Origin: the human T2T-CHM13v2.0 reference genome, Homo sapiens
DNA: 64,000 nucleotides
Direction: 5' to 3' (one strand)
NCBI RefSeq assembly: GCF_009914755.1
Contig: NC_060926.1
Positions 1 to 25,050 of this stretch are shown here, piece after piece. A program made the translations under genes and the position numbers. The notes under the pieces were generated by a model. The model did not search any database. It was not told the origin of the DNA and saw nothing but the letters and a program-made list of their open reading frames with translations. Positions within the stretch are counted from its first letter, which is position 1, and each line of letters starts with the position of its first letter.

Positions 1-228
1 TAGATATTTGTACCTTTCTTTTGAAGTTATACCTATCCTTCACTTAATGACTAATTTATTCCTAAAAACTTTGCTGCTAAGTGACAAACCTGCATATGAA
101 AAAAATATTTCTATTAATTTTAATGAGAAAATACATCATTTATCTCAATCCAAGACACGTGAATAATTTTAATAGAAAAAAAATCAACCAAATAAAGAAA
201 ACATATTTATGTCAGTAGTAAACAACAA

Positions 229-523
229 TTTTTTTTTTTTTTTGAGACGGAGTCTCCCTCTGTCTCCCAGACTGGAGTGCAGTAGCATGATCTTGGCCCA
301 CTGCAACCTCCGCCTCCCGGGTTCAAGCAACTCTCCTGCCTCAGCCTCCTGAGTAGCTGGGGCTACAGGCACGCGCCACTACGCCCGGCTAATTTTTGTA
401 TTTTTATTAGAGACAGGGTTTCACCCTGTTGGCCAGGCTGGTCTCAATCTCCTGACCTCGTGATCCACCTGCCTCGGCCTCCCAAAATGCTGGGATTACA
501 GGCGTGAGCCACAGCGCCCAGCC
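229..523 (-). mobile_element. Alu (AluS-like)
   Basis: Poly-T followed by reverse-complement Alu body (gagacggagtctc...cccagcc). Confidence 0.95.
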
Positions 524-818
524 CAACAAGTTTAATGTAAATAAATATTATGTGCATAGAACTTCGTGTAATGTAGATATGTTGCCTTCCCCAAAAGAGG
601 AACTCAGGACTTGACCATCGGGGAAGGGGCATTTTTCATCTTGCACCATTGTCCTCACCAATTTTTCAGTCTTTTGGGAGCTCATGATTACAGTGCCCTC
701 AAACTTTACAGAAAATAAACTTATGGCACCCCAAATACGTTTGAAACAAAATTAAGGCTAAGCAAGGGCGTTTCCTAGCATGGAAGCATGCATGGAATTA
801 AGATGCTGGCTCTGCCGC

Positions 819-898
819 CGACCAGGAGGTGGCGCTGTCCCACACAGACCAGAGGCAGCTGCTTCCACGTGAGGCCTCCGGCTGGGAACTGCGCATGG
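819..898 (+). promoter_or_regulatory. Candidate CTCF motif plus E-box and NRF1-like half site
   Basis: CCAGGAGGTGGCGC at 822-835 (one mismatch to CCASYAGRKGGCRS), CACGTG ~866, TGCGCATG ~890 in a small GC-rich patch. Confidence 0.45.
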
Positions 899-1587
899 AG
901 ATTTTGGGGTGTGTCTTTGCTGGAAACCCTAAGGTCAAGTATTACTTCTTACAGTGTACTTATTTAGTGTGTTTTTGGGGAGTCATTATACTGTAAAAAG
1001 GGAGTCATTACAAAAAGTGGCATAACTTTAGTTATTAACTGAATGGTGCTATGTGCAGATAAGTCCATAGCCCTGTATTTTAAAGATAATAGTTTATTCT
1101 TTCTACTTCTTAGGTTGGACATTGATTACACACATGTTTATTATAATATTTTTAAGAACACAAAATAAATGAAAGCAGGGTATGTATAGAATGGTGATGA
1201 GAGTGTATTATGAAACAGATTTTGATCTATCTAAGTCTGAGCTCTCTTGAGGTACAAAAATTAGAAGGAATTAGTAAAATTAAAACCTGATGTGAATAAA
1301 ACAGGAAATAAAAACAAGGCAAAAAATGATTGAAAGGATTAATCTCAAATTGCTTCTTTCAGGATAAACTATATGCACCCTTCAGGAGACTGAATAGATA
1401 AAGAAAGTAAAAGGTTAAAAACAGATGCATTTAGAAATCAGAAAGGAATGTAATCAGAAATTGTCTGGAGGCTACTGCATGCCACTCTAGTAAAAATATT
1501 TCCTGCTGAACTTCTAAGGATCATATTTGACACAAGATGTAGAAAACACAAGTGTCCTAGTTACTGTGGAAAAGTTTGGAAAGGTGA

Positions 1588-2299
<712 letters not shown>

Positions 2300-2339
2300 T
2301 GAACAATTTGAGAATGTGTTGCAGACATCATGGCCCTTT

Positions 2340-5091
<2,752 letters not shown>

Positions 5092-5457
5092 TAACTTTAC
5101 ATATTTTGACATTCATAATTAACATGTATAAAATCAAGAAATAGCTCTACTGTCCTTCAACTATATAAGGATATTTGATTACATTAACCTCACATCCTCT
5201 CCCCCTTACATGCTGTGTTTCTCTTGCTCTTTTGGGCCCAGAAGACATTCTTACAGGGTACTGTACCATCAGTGTTCTTTGTTCTTTCCTGCGTCTCTGA
5301 TCTTCCTGGATTACTCTTCTGCATAAGCACATCCTTCAGAATTTATGGCAGCTCTTTTTGGAGCAAACCCTCTATATCGTTAGCCCAAAAATGTCTTTAT
5401 TTTACTGTCATTCTTGAAATATATTTTTGTTGAATATATAATTCCAAGTGAACAGCC

Positions 5458-5830
5458 TGTGTAGAAAAAAGTTAACACAGCAGGCCTGAGCCTGCTATTC
5501 TCGGAAAAGTCGGCTTGCAAGGTTGGCCCTTGGCTGGCATCTAGTCAGTTGGATTTCCATCATTCTCTCATCGGAGTGTCTCACTGTATCTAAAGTGTTC
5601 AGCTTATGCTGAACACCTCTTTTCCTTCTGAGAGTCTAGAATTTTGGTACATGCCAGACAGTGGACGCCAATGTAAGTACCTTCCCTGCATTAAAACCTT
5701 ACACACTGAGTCTCTAATGAGCCTCCCTGGTAGACAATGTTTCACATGTGTTGTCATAACCTGTTGCTGGAGGAATTACGTGCATCCTGTGGATTCCATT
5801 GGGAAAGGACTCTTGGAAGCTTGTGTTGCA
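5458..5830 (+). mobile_element. LTR fragment (MER68-like, from memory)
   Basis: Starts tgtgtagaaaaaagttaacacagcaggcctgag...gcttgcaaggttggcccttggctggcatct, a typical ERVL-class LTR start. Confidence 0.6.
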
Positions 5831-5844
5831 CCCAGTAGGAACTT

Positions 5845-7250
<1,406 letters not shown>

Positions 7251-7665
7251 AAGCAGCAGCCCCTAAGCAGCAGCCCCTAAGCAGCAGCCTGGGGGAGCCA
7301 CAGCTGCTATGTATCAAGCACAAGGCAAGGCCTGGCTGACATGCATGGTCAGGAAAGCAACAAGGAGCCATTTTTTAGATCAGGCAGTTTATATTACTCA
7401 TACAGATGGTGAAAGCGCAAGTAGACAGAGGTGCCAGGTCCCTGTGACCCTTGCACAGGGCGGCACCAAAACAACAGGGGCCAAATGGCAGCAACATGAG
7501 TGCCAGGTGAAGCCCATACCACACTGCAGCCAAGCAGCTTTATAGCTGGTAGCTATGCACATGCTCTCAGGGATGGGAAGGCATAATTCTAGGTGGTCCC
7601 CAAATTCCCACTCCCTCATATACATGCCTTGTATCATCGCCTCCCGTCGAGTGTGGGTGCTAATT

Positions 7666-8055
7666 CTAAGCTACAGACAAGCATTTTCCCCTTCCTTCCT
7701 AAGCTACAGCCAAGCCTGCCTGCCTGCCTGCCTGCCTGCCTTCCTTCCTTCCTAAGCTACAGTCAAGCCTGCCTTCCTTCCTCCCCTCCCTCCCTCCTTT
7801 CTTTCCCTCCCCTCGCCTCCCCTCCCCTTCTCTCCCCTCCCCTCCCTTCCCTTCCCTTCCTTTCCCTTCCCTTCCCTTCCCTTTCCTCCTTCTCCCTCCC
7901 CTCCCCTCCCCTTGCCTCCCCTTCCCTGGCCTCCCCTTCCCTTCTTCTCCCTCCCCTCCCCTCGCCTCGCCTCCCCTCACCTAACCTCTCCTCCCCTTGC
8001 CTCCCCTCCCCTCCCTTTGCCTTCTCTTGCCTTCCCTTCCCTTCCTCTTTCTTTT
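7666..8055. repeat. Polypyrimidine (CCTG/CCTT/CCCTC)n low-complexity tract, an expanded Alu tail
   Basis: About 300 nt almost purely C/T, directly before a reverse Alu at ~8050-8325. Confidence 0.95.
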
Positions 8056-8325
8056 GACAGAGTCTTGCTCTGTTGCCCAGGCTGGAGTGCGGTGGTGTGA
8101 TCTCATCTCACTGCCTCGGCCTCCTGAGTAGCTGTGATTACAGGCATGCGCCACCATGCCCAGCTTCTTTTTTTTTTTTTTTTTTTTTTTTGTATTTTTA
8201 GTAAAGACGGAGTTTTCCCCATGTTGGCCAGGCTAGTCTCAAACTCCTGACCCCTAGTGATCTGCCTACCTTAGCCTCCCAAAGTGCTGGGATTACAGGC
8301 ATGAGCCACCGTGCCTGGCCCAGCC
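8050..8325 (-). mobile_element. Alu with internal deletion
   Basis: Reverse Alu with long internal poly-T linker. Confidence 0.9.
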
Positions 8326-9578
8326 AAGTGTTTTCTAGTCTGCAGCTATACTCAGAGGAGGGCAAGGCATGGAGTCTCATGCTTACCAGAACCAGGGAAG
8401 CAGGTGATAAACTGGCTCGGGAGAGTTCTGAAGAAGACTGCCCATCTTGAAACCGCCTTTGCCAAAATTATGGGGAATTATGACAGTGAAATAGATCAGA
8501 CCTAACTGACTCCATCTTGCTTCTAACCTCTAAACTGTCCTTATCCATTCCTGGGCATAGGCCGAACTAGCCTTGGGAAGGAATTTAGTTTATAGTTTAA
8601 ATAACAGCCCTTCCCAAAAGCAAATCTGTTCTTGTAAAACGAATGAAAGGCCACCAGCCACCAAGTTAGGATGAGAGGGGCTGGAACTCTAAATATTACC
8701 AGCTGTTACGTGGAAGGTCATGAGATTTGCAACTTCCCTGATTACTCTTGAAGATAACATCACCATTGTGAACCTGAGATTGGCCTTTTGAGATGTCTTT
8801 TCAGGTTTTTCCATTTCTGACAAGTGGTTGGCCTCACCTGGACCTGCCAACCAGTTCTGTGGCACTCACCCAGGAACTGACTCAGCATAAGAGGATAGCT
8901 TCGACTGCCTATGAGTTCATCCTCAAGCCAACCAATCGGTGCTCCTGGCTCACTGGACCCCTACCCACCAAATTATTCTTAAAAACCCTGATCCCTGAGT
9001 TTTCTTTTCTTTTCTTTTCTTTTTTTAATTATACTTTAAGTTCTGGCAAACATGTGTACATCGTGCAGTTTTGTTACATAGGTATACACGTGCCCTGGTG
9101 GTTTGCTGCACCCATCAACCCGTCACCTACATTAGGTATTTCTCCTAATGTTATCCCTCCTCTAGCCCCCGACCCCCTGACAGGCCCCGGTGTGTGATGT
9201 TCCCCTCCCTGTGTCCATATATTCTCATTGTTCAACTTCCACTTATGAGTGAGAACATGTGGTGTTTGGTTTTCTGACCTTGTGATAGTTTGCTGAGAAT
9301 GATGGTTTCCAGCTTGATCCATGTCCCTGCAAAGGACATGAACTCATCCTTTTTTATGGCTGCATAGTATTCCATGATGTATATGTGCCACATTTTCTTA
9401 ATCCAGTCTATCATTGATGGACATTTGGGTTGGTTCCAAGTCTTTGCTATTGTGAATAGTGCCACAATAAACATACGTGTGCATGTGTCTTTATCATAGA
9501 ATGATTTATAATCCTTTGGGTATAAGCCCAGTAATGGGATTGCTGGGTCAAATGATATTTCCAGTTCTAGATCTTTGA

Positions 9579-9994
<416 letters not shown>

Positions 9995-11515
9995 TGTTTC
10001 CTGACTTTTTAATGATCGCCATTCTAACTGGCATGAGATGGTATCTCATTGTGGTTTTGATTTGCATTTCTCTAATGACCAGTGACGATGAGCATTTTTT
10101 CATGTCTGTTGGCTGCATAAATGTCTTCTTTTTAGAAGTGTCTGTTCATACCCTTTGCCCATTTTTTGATGGGGTTGTTTGCTTTTTTCTTGTAAATTTG
10201 TTTAAGTTTTTTGTAGATTCTGGATATTAGCCCTTTGTCAGATAGATAGATTGCAAAATTTTTCTCCCATTCTGTAGGTTGCCTGTTCACTCTGATGGTA
10301 GTTTCTTTTGCTGTGCAGAAGCTCTTTGGTTTAATTAGATCACATTTGTCAATTTTGCCTTTTGTTGCCATTGCTTTTGGTGTTTTAGGCATGAAGTCTT
10401 TGCCCATGCCTATGTCCTGAATGGTATTGCTCAGGTTTTCTTCTAGGATTTTTATGGTCCTAGGTCTTACATTTAAGTCTTTGATCCATCTTGAATTGAT
10501 TTTTGTAAAAGGTGTAAGGAAGAGGTCCAGTTTCAGTTTTCTGCATATGGCTAGCCAGTTCTCCCAACACCATTTATTAAATAGGGAATCTTTTTCCTAT
10601 TGCTTGTGTGTGTCAGGTTTGTCAAAGATCAGATGGTTGTAGCTGTGTGGTGTTATTTCTGAGGCCTCTGTTCTGTTCCATTGGTCTATATCTCTGTTTT
10701 GGTACCAGTACCATGCTGTTTTGGTTACTGTAGCCCTGTAGTATAGTTTGAAGTCAGGTAGCATGATGCTTCCAGTTTTGTTCTTCTTGCCCAGGATTGT
10801 CTTGGCTATGCAGGCTCTTTTTTGGTTCTATATGAAGTTTAAAGTAGTTTTTTCCAATTCTGTGAAGAAAGTCTGTGGTAGCTTGATGGGGATAGCATTG
10901 AATCTATAAATTACTTTGGGAAGTATGGCCATTTTCACGATATTGATTCTTCCCATCCATGAGCATGGAATGTTTTCCCATTTGTTTTTGTCCTCTCTTA
11001 TTTCCTTGAGCAGTGGTTTGTAGTTCTCCTTGAGGAGGTCCTTCACATCCCTTGTAGGTTGGATTCCTAGGTATTTTATTCTCTTAGTAGCAATTGTGAA
11101 TGGGAGTTCACTCATTATTTGGCTTTCTGTTTGTCTGTTATTGGTTTATAGGAATGCTTGTGATTTTTGCACATTGATTTTGTATCCTGAGACTTTGCTG
11201 AAGTTGCTTATCAGCTTAAGGAGGTTTTGGGCTGAGACAATGGGGTTTTCTAAATTTACAATCATGTCATCTGCAAAGAGAGACAATTTGACTTCCTCTC
11301 TTCTTATTTGAATACCATTTATTGCTTTCTCTTGCCTGATTGCCCTGGCCAGAACTTCCAATATTATGTTGAATAGGAGTGGTGAGAGATGGCATCCTTG
11401 TCTTGTGCCGGTTTTCAAAGGAATGCTTTCAGTTTTTGCCCATTCAGTATGATATTTGCTGTGGGCTTGTTATAAATAGCTCTTATTATTTTGAGATATG
11501 TTCCACCGATACCTA

Positions 11516-11704
<189 letters not shown>

Positions 11705-13326
11705 TTAGATGTGCTGCTGGATTCAGTTTGCCAGTATTTTATGAGGATTTTTGCATCGATGTTCATCAGGGATATTGGCCTGAAATTTTTTTTTGTTGTG
11801 TCTCTGCCAGGTTTTGGTATCAGGATGATGCTGGCCTCATCAAATGAGTTAGGGAGGATTCCCTCTTTTTCTATTGTTTGGAATAGTTTCAGAAGGCATG
11901 GTACCAGATCCTCTTTGTACCTCTGGTAGAATTCGGCTGTGAATTCATCTGGTCCTAGACTTTTTTTGGTTGGTAGGCTATCAATTACTGCCTCAATTTC
12001 AGAACTTGTTACTGGTCTATTCAGAGATTCGACTTCTTACTGGCTTAGACTTGGGAGGGTGTATGTGCCCAGAAATTTATCCATTTCTTCTAGATTTTCT
12101 AGGTTATTTGCATAGAGGTGTTTATAGTATTCTCTGATAGTAGTTTGTACTGCTGTAGGATCAGTGGTGATATCCCCTATATCATTTTTTATTGCGACTA
12201 CTTGATTCTTCTCTCTTTTCTTCTTTATTAGTCTGGCTAGCAGTCTATCTATTTTGTTGATTTTTTCAAAAAACCAGCTCCTGGATTCATTGATTTTTCG
12301 AAGGGATTTTCATGTCTCTATCTCCTTCAGCTCTGCTCTCTTAGTTATTTCATGTCTTCTGCTAAGTTTTGAATGTGTTTGCTGTTGCTTCTCTAGTCCT
12401 TTTAATTTTGATGTTAGGGTGTCAATTTTAGATCTTTCCTGCTTTCTCTTGTGGGCATTTAGTGCTATAAATTTCCCTCTAAACACTGCTTTAAATGTGT
12501 CCCAGATATTCTGGTACATTGTGTCTCTATTCTCATTGGTTTCAAAGAACATCTTTATTTCTGCCTTCATTTCGTTATTTACCCAGTAGTCATTCAGCAG
12601 CAAGTTGTTCAGTTTCCATGTAGTTGTGCAGTTTTGAGTGAGTTTCTTAATCCTGAGTTCTAATTTGATTGCACTGTGGTCTGAGAGACTGTTTGTTATG
12701 ATTTCTGGTCTTTTGCGTTTGCTGAGGAGTATTTTACTTCCAATTATGTGGTCGGTTTTAGAATAAGTGTGATGAGGTGCTGAGAAGAATATATATTCTG
12801 TTGATTTGGGGTGGAGAGTTCTGTAGAGGTCTATTAGGTCTGCTTGGTCCAGAGCTGAGTTCAAGTCCTGAATATCCTTGTTAATTTTCTGTTTCATTGA
12901 TCTAATATTAACAATGGGGTGTTAAAGTCTCCCAGTATTATTGTATGGGAGTCTAAGTCTCTTTGTAGGTCTCTAAGAACTTGCTTTATGAATCTAGGTG
13001 CTTCTGTATTGAGTGCATATATATTTAGGATAGTTAGCTCTTCTTGCTGCATTGTTCCCTTTACCATTATATAATGCCCTTCTTTGTCTCTTTTGATCTT
13101 TGTTGGTTTAAAGTCCGTTTCATCAGAGATTAGGATTGCAACTCCTGCTTTTTTTTGCTTGGTAAATATTCCTCCATCCTTTTATTTTGAGCCTATGTGT
13201 GTCTTTGCATGTGAGATGGGTCTCCTGAATACAGCACACTCATGGTTCTTGACTCTTTACCCAATTTGCCAGTCTGTGTTTCTAATTGGGGCATTTAGCC
13301 CATTTACATTTAAGGTTAATATTGTT

Positions 13327-13623
13327 TTTGTTTTGTTTTGTTTTTGTTTTTGAGATGGAGTCTCACTCTGTTGCCCAGGCTGGAGTGCAATGGCACCATC
13401 TCAGCTCACTCAACCTCCGCCCCCTGGGTTCAAGCAATTCTCCTGCCTCAGCCTCCCGAGTATTACAGGCACCTGCCACCAGGCCTGGCTAATTTTTTTA
13501 TTTTATTAGAGATGGGGTTTCACCATGTTGGTCAGGCTGGTCTCAAACTCCTGATCTTGTGATCCGCCTGCCTTGGACTCCCAAAGTGCTGGGATTACAG
13601 GCATGAGCCACCATGCCCAACCC
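13327..13623 (-). mobile_element. Alu inserted at the start of L1 ORF2 (endonuclease)
   Basis: TSD AAGGTTAATATTGTT at 13312-13326 and 13624-13638. Confidence 0.92.
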
Positions 13624-16333
13624 AAGGTTAATATTGTTATGTGTGAATTTGATCCTGTCATTATGATGCTAGCTAGTTGTTTTGCCCGTTAATGCAGTTT
13701 CTTCATAGTGTCGATGTTTTTTACACTTGATATGTTTTTGCAGTGGCTGGTACTCATTGTTCCTTTCCATGTTTAGTGCCTCTTTCAGGAGCTCTTGTAA
13801 GGCAGGTCTGGTGGTGACAAAATCCCTCAGCATTTGCTTGTCTGTAAAGGATTTTATTTCTCCTTCACTTATGGAGCTTAGTTTGGCTGGATATGAAATT
13901 CTGGGTTGAAAATTCTTTCTTTAAGAACGTTGAATATTGGCCCCTACTCTCTTCTGGCTTGTAGGGTTTCTGCCGAGAGATCTGCTGTTAGTCTGATGGG
14001 CTTCCCTTTGTGGGTAACCCGACCTTTCTCTCTGGCTGCCCTTAACATTTTTCCTTCATTTCAACCTTGGTGAATCTGACAATTATGTGTCTTGGGGTTG
14101 CTCTTCTCAAGGAGTATCTTTGTGGTGTTCTTTGTATTTCCTGAATTTGAATGTTGGCCTGTCTTGCTAGGTTGGGGAAGTTCTGGATAATATCCTGCAG
14201 AGTGTTTTCTAACTTGGTTTCATTCTCCCTGTCACTTTCAGGTACATCAATCAAACGTAGATTTGGTCTTTTCACATAGTCCCATATTTCTTGGAGGCTT
14301 TGTTCATTCCTTTTTATTCTTTTTTCTCTACTCTTGTCTTCTCTATTTCATTAAGTTGATCTTCAATCGCTGATATCCTTTCTTCCACTTGATTGATTTG
14401 GCTATTGATACTTGTGTATTCTTCACGAAGTTCTCATGCTGTGTTTTTCAGCTCCATCAGGTCATTTATGTTCTTCTCTACATTGGTTATTCTAGTTAGC
14501 AATTTGACTAACCTTTTTTCAAGGTTCTTAGCTTCCTTGCATTGGGTTAGAACATGTTCCTCTAGCTCGGAGTTGTTTGTTATTACCCTCCTTCTGACGC
14601 CTACTTCTGTCAGTTCGTCAAACTCATTCTCTGTCCAGTTTTGTTCCCTTGCTGGCGAGGAGTTGCGATCTTTTGGAGGAGGAGAGGCGTTCTGGTTTTG
14701 GATTTTTCAGCCTTTTTCCACTGGTTTTTCCCCATCTTTGTGGATTTATCTACCTTTGGTCTTTGATGTTGGTAACCTTCGGATGGGGTCTTTGAGTGGA
14801 CGTGCTAATCCTTTCTGTTTGTTTCTTTTTCTTCTAACAGGCCCCTCTGCTGCCAGTCTGCTGGTGTTTGCTGGAGGTCCCCTCCTGACCCTGTTTTCCT
14901 GGGTATCACCAGTGGAGGCTGCAAAGCAGCAAAGATTGCTGCTTGTTCTTTCCTCTGGAAGCTTCGACCCAGCAGGGAACCTGCCAGATGCCAGCCAGAG
15001 CTCTTCTGTATGAGGTGTCTGTCAGCCCCAACAGGGAGGTGTCTCCCAGTCAGTATACACAGGGGTCAGGGATCCACTTGAGGAGGCAGTCTGGCCCTTA
15101 GCAGGCTCGCATGCTGTGTTGGGAGATCCGCTGCTGTCTTCAGAGCCATCAGGCAGGGACGTTTAAGTCTGCTACAAGCCTGACTGGGCTGCTGCCTTTT
15201 TTACAGAGATGCCCTGTCCAGGGAGGAGCAATCTCGCAGTCTGAACACGGCAGCCTTGCTGAGCTGCAATGGGCTCCACCCAGTTTGAACTTCCCAGCAG
15301 CTTTGCTTACACTGTGGTGGTAAAACCGCCTGCTCAAGCCTCAGCAACGGCGGACGCCCCTCCCCCTACCAAGCGCCACCATCCCAGGTGGATCTCAGAT
15401 TGCTGCTGTGCTGGAAGCGAGAATTTCAAACCAGTGGATCTTACTTTCCTGGGCTCCATGGGGGTGGGAACCGCCGAGCCAGACCACTTGGCTCCCTGGC
15501 TTCAGGCCCCCTTTCCAGGGGAGTGAACAGTTCTGTCTCGCTGGCGTTCCAGGTGCCACTGGGATATGGAAAAATAAAATAAAATAAAAGCTCCTGCAGC
15601 TAGTTCAGTGTCTGCCCAGTTGGCCGCCCAGTTTTGTGCTTGAAACCCAGGGCCCTGGTGGGGTAGTCACCAGAGGGAATCTCCTGGTTTGCAGGTTGTG
15701 AAGACCATGGAACAAGTGCAGTATATGTGCCCAAGTTCCTCAGGCTGAGACCCTCACAGCTTCCCTTGGGTCAGGGGGAAAATTTCCCGATTCCTTGCGC
15801 TTCCCAGGTGAGGTGACACCCCACCCTGCTTCCGCTCAGCCTCTGTGGGCTGCACCCACTGTCCAACCTGCCCCGGTGAGATGAACCAGGTACCTCAGTT
15901 GGAAATGCAGAAATCACCCACCGTCTGCATCGATCTCGCTGGGACCTGCAGACTGGTGCTGTTCCTATTCGGCCATCTTGAACCTCTCTCCTGATCCCTG
16001 AGTTTTCAGAGAGACTGATTTGAGTAATAATAAAACTCTGGTCTCCTGCTCAGCCAGCTCTGCATGAATTACTTTTTCTCCATGTAATTCCCCTGTCTTG
16101 AAAAATGGGCTTTGTCTAGGCAGGGGGCAAAGTGAACCCACTGGGCGGTTACAATCTCACCGTGTTTCAGGAGCCTCGGGTGTTCTTGCACAAGGGGAGT
16201 CAGACTGTGGTTGAGCCTTGTCTACATGGCCTAAGTGAAGACATGCAGGGTTGCCAGGGCACTGTGGAGTTGGCACTCCATACCACCATGCTGGACCTTC
16301 CACATACCCCGCTGATAATTCTTCTGGATATTG

Positions 16334-19696
<3,363 letters not shown>

Positions 19697-20305
19697 TCAT
19701 TCCATCCTTTTATGGCATCTATTGCCTGTGGGTGATGAGGGTCCTGAGATGTCCTGGCAATGTCCAAGGTGGTTGGCCAGTGTTGGGTACTCTTGACTAT
19801 AAATGCGCATCATTTGATGAGATACATTCAGGGAATCTCAGTATGTAACACAGGTCATCTGCGAGTCCCTAAATTTATGTTACATCTACCTCCTATCTGT
19901 GGTAAGGACCTACATTGCCATGCCATACCCAGAAAGGTGCCTACTGTAGGAAATGCTTAATTGCATCCCCAAGTGGAGCATTTAGGAGGTTATGTAGCCT
20001 ATTTGCCAGGACTGGCCAGAATCTGGTGTCCTGAGTTTATATGTGCCCTGGAGTTTTCTTTGCCCCTTGACTGACAGGCTCATTTACCAGACTTCGGTGG
20101 CTTCCTGTGCTGGAGTCATTCATCTTTGCTTTGGGTCCCAGTCCTGCACTGTAGACAGAATGTCGTGGCCTCTGTGATGATGTATTCAGTTGTCCTTACC
20201 TGGAAGGCACAAGTCTGATTGGGTTTTGAATTCCACTCATGCTATTTCTATGGACATCCACATCCATAAAACAGAGGGCAGTGGTGTAGTATTAATAAAA
20301 TCTGA

Positions 20306-20745
<440 letters not shown>

Positions 20746-21181
20746 TCATTTAGTCTTGCTTCCAGGCACAGGCCCGCACTGCCAGCCCATTGGCTACCGT
20801 CTCTAAATCAATGAAAAAGCAGCAAGGAGCATTTTGGAGGGGTTTTTCAGGAAAACCACCACTGTCCCCAACTCTGTCCACTGGGTAGTACCTTTTTTTT
20901 GTGTGCAAAATTTTAAACAGCTTTTGTTTTCCCCTGTGGCTGCACAGCTGCAAGGGCCAAGAACAATCCGCCAGCCTGTAACTTAGCGGGCTCCATCTGT
21001 GAACCAGCTTCAGGCATCCTCAGGGACTTGGTGTATCAATGCCTCCATGAAGCTGGAGGTGCTGGCACAAAATGTTCCTCTGGGATCAAGGGATGTCTGG
21101 CCATCTTGTAATGCCATTATGTGACTCTTTTGATGCCTGATGACCCCATTCTACAGAGTAGCCAGTCACTGGCACTTGTAG

Positions 21182-21547
<366 letters not shown>

Positions 21548-22391
21548 TGGACACTGTTCTTAAGCACGCTGGACCCTGCCAGCTCTTTTCCTCAGTGCAG
21601 TGGTCTTTTCCCCGCCTGTACTGCTTCACCCACACCACATGGCTGGGCTCAGGGAGCCCAGTGGGTCCTGGATGTGCTCTCATCCCACTAATGCTGTTCT
21701 CACTGTAGCATTTTTCCAAAGGCAACATCACTTGCCATTATGGACAGAAGTATTACATATCCTTAGAACAGGCTGTGTGTCCCTACACTGGGAAGGGTGC
21801 ATGACCTTGGGTAAGACTGTTCCTGTGGGCCAAGGACATTCTTGGAAGAGGTTTCACCTGTGAATCATTAGCAGTCCATACTCTAGCAGCTCATGGAATC
21901 ACTGCTTAGGTCCTGATGGGAAATCCTGAGAGGTATCCAAAGGTTCACTACACATTGTAAAGTCGTAGATGTGGAGCCCACACTGCCACCATAATTAAGG
22001 CTGCGGCAGGTCTTTCCACTACCTTCTGTGAAGCTGCCTGCTGCTAGGAGATGTGGCATGTAGTAAGCAGGAACTCCATAGCCATGGCCCATAGCTTAAC
22101 ATCTTTTATCATGAAAACATGCCCATGGACAAATAATTTGTATGTAAGACATCATTGCAATTGAATAAGCATTTGTAAATCTATGAATATATGGTGCTGG
22201 AGGAAGTGCTGTGGGCGGGATAAGCAAACCCATGAATATGTTTGTGTTAATCCACCTTCATTCTCCACCAACATTTGCCTCTTGCACTGACCAAATAGGT
22301 GAGGTAATAATGGTGTTATGGAAATCAGTAGCCCTGCATCTTTCAAATCTTTATGGAACTAATTTCTGCAATGTCATCAGGCACAGAATTG

Positions 22392-22909
<518 letters not shown>

Positions 22910-23499
22910 CACAGAATTGTTTTTAGGTTATTATCTTGGTTGTAGGTGGCCCTTTCAAGGATTCTAACTGGGCATTCCCACCATGACAGACCGCATTCCT
23001 CGGATAAGGACAGCAAGGCTGGCAAAATAGCCACACGGTGTGCCTGGGATCCTACCTGACCCACTGTGAGGTGGACTCTGGCCAAGACCTGTCTATCCCC
23101 TGACCTCCCTAAGCCTCTCTCCAATTGACCATAGAGATTCCAGGGATTAGGCTCAGATAATACCAGTATCTACACATGTGGCTTCCAGTAAAATGAGCAC
23201 AGACTGAGATTACAGAACCCAATTCCTGGCCCTCTCTGCTGCTAAATATCTATCAGGAAAGATCCTCCCTGAGCTTGCTTACTCATCTGTAAGTTGGAGC
23301 CAAAAATGTTCTTTGGATCGTGTGTCATTTGTGCAGATGTGATAAGATTACACACGTCAAGTGCTTTACACATTGCCTAATAAGTACCATTCACCGTTTC
23401 TTCTGCAGAGTGTAAAGAGGAAGATAAATTATCTATTACTATTTAGCAGTATTTTAATAACTTTTATGCACTTTTAATTTATTTCCAAATTTTTTCTTT

Positions 23500-24418
<919 letters not shown>

Positions 24419-24664
24419 TTAGGACTAAGTCAATTTTCTATGAATATTCTTACATGTCAAATTTCGAAGGCCCAGACTCAAATGACTTGATTCTTATTTT
24501 CAAATAATTGGGCTGTAAGATTTATCTGTTACTTCTTAACATATAATTTGTACACCTGTCTAGGATTTAACTTGGAAAAGATTTTTCAAAACTTGGTACG
24601 ATTATATAAAATGTGTGCTTATGACCATAGCTGGTAGGCATGTGAGATGGTAAGGCATTTCCGC

Positions 24665-25050
24665 AGAGCAGAGGTTCATAAAAGCTTTATCATGCATCAG
24701 AGCTATCCGGAAGGCTTTTTAAAACACAGATTGCTCAGCTGGGCGCAGTAGGGTGCGCCTGTAGTCCTAGCTACTTGGGAGGCTGAGGCAGAAGGATCTT
24801 TTGAGCCCTGGAGTTTGAGGCTACAGCATGCTATGATTGTGCCTGTGAATAGCCACTGCACTCCAGCCTGGGCGGCCTAGCAAGACCCTGTCTCTAAAAC
24901 AATAACATCAACTAAAACAAAAACCACGCAGATTGCTGGACCCCAACCTAGAGTTTCTGATCCAGTAGTATTGGGGTGGGGCCTGAGAATTTGCATTTCT
25001 GACAAGTCCCCAGATGATGTTGATCCTTATTCTCCTGGCCCATAGACCAC
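24665..25050 (+). mobile_element. MER5A-like hAT DNA transposon remnant interrupted by an Alu monomer (~24738-24925)
   Basis: cagattgct repeated on both sides of the monomer; ggggtggggcctgagaatttgcatttctgacaag is typical MER5 sequence. Confidence 0.7.

Noticed and set aside
978-1010. 11-bp direct repeat GGGAGTCATTA x2
   Set aside because: Only two short copies; not an array, and compatible with local slippage
7593-8057. Pro/Ser/Leu-rich 154-aa ORF and its Gly/Arg/Glu antisense
   Set aside because: Translation of a C/T low-complexity tract
14393-15013. 206-aa plus-strand ORF
   Set aside because: Antisense to L1 ORF1/5'UTR; not a recognisable protein
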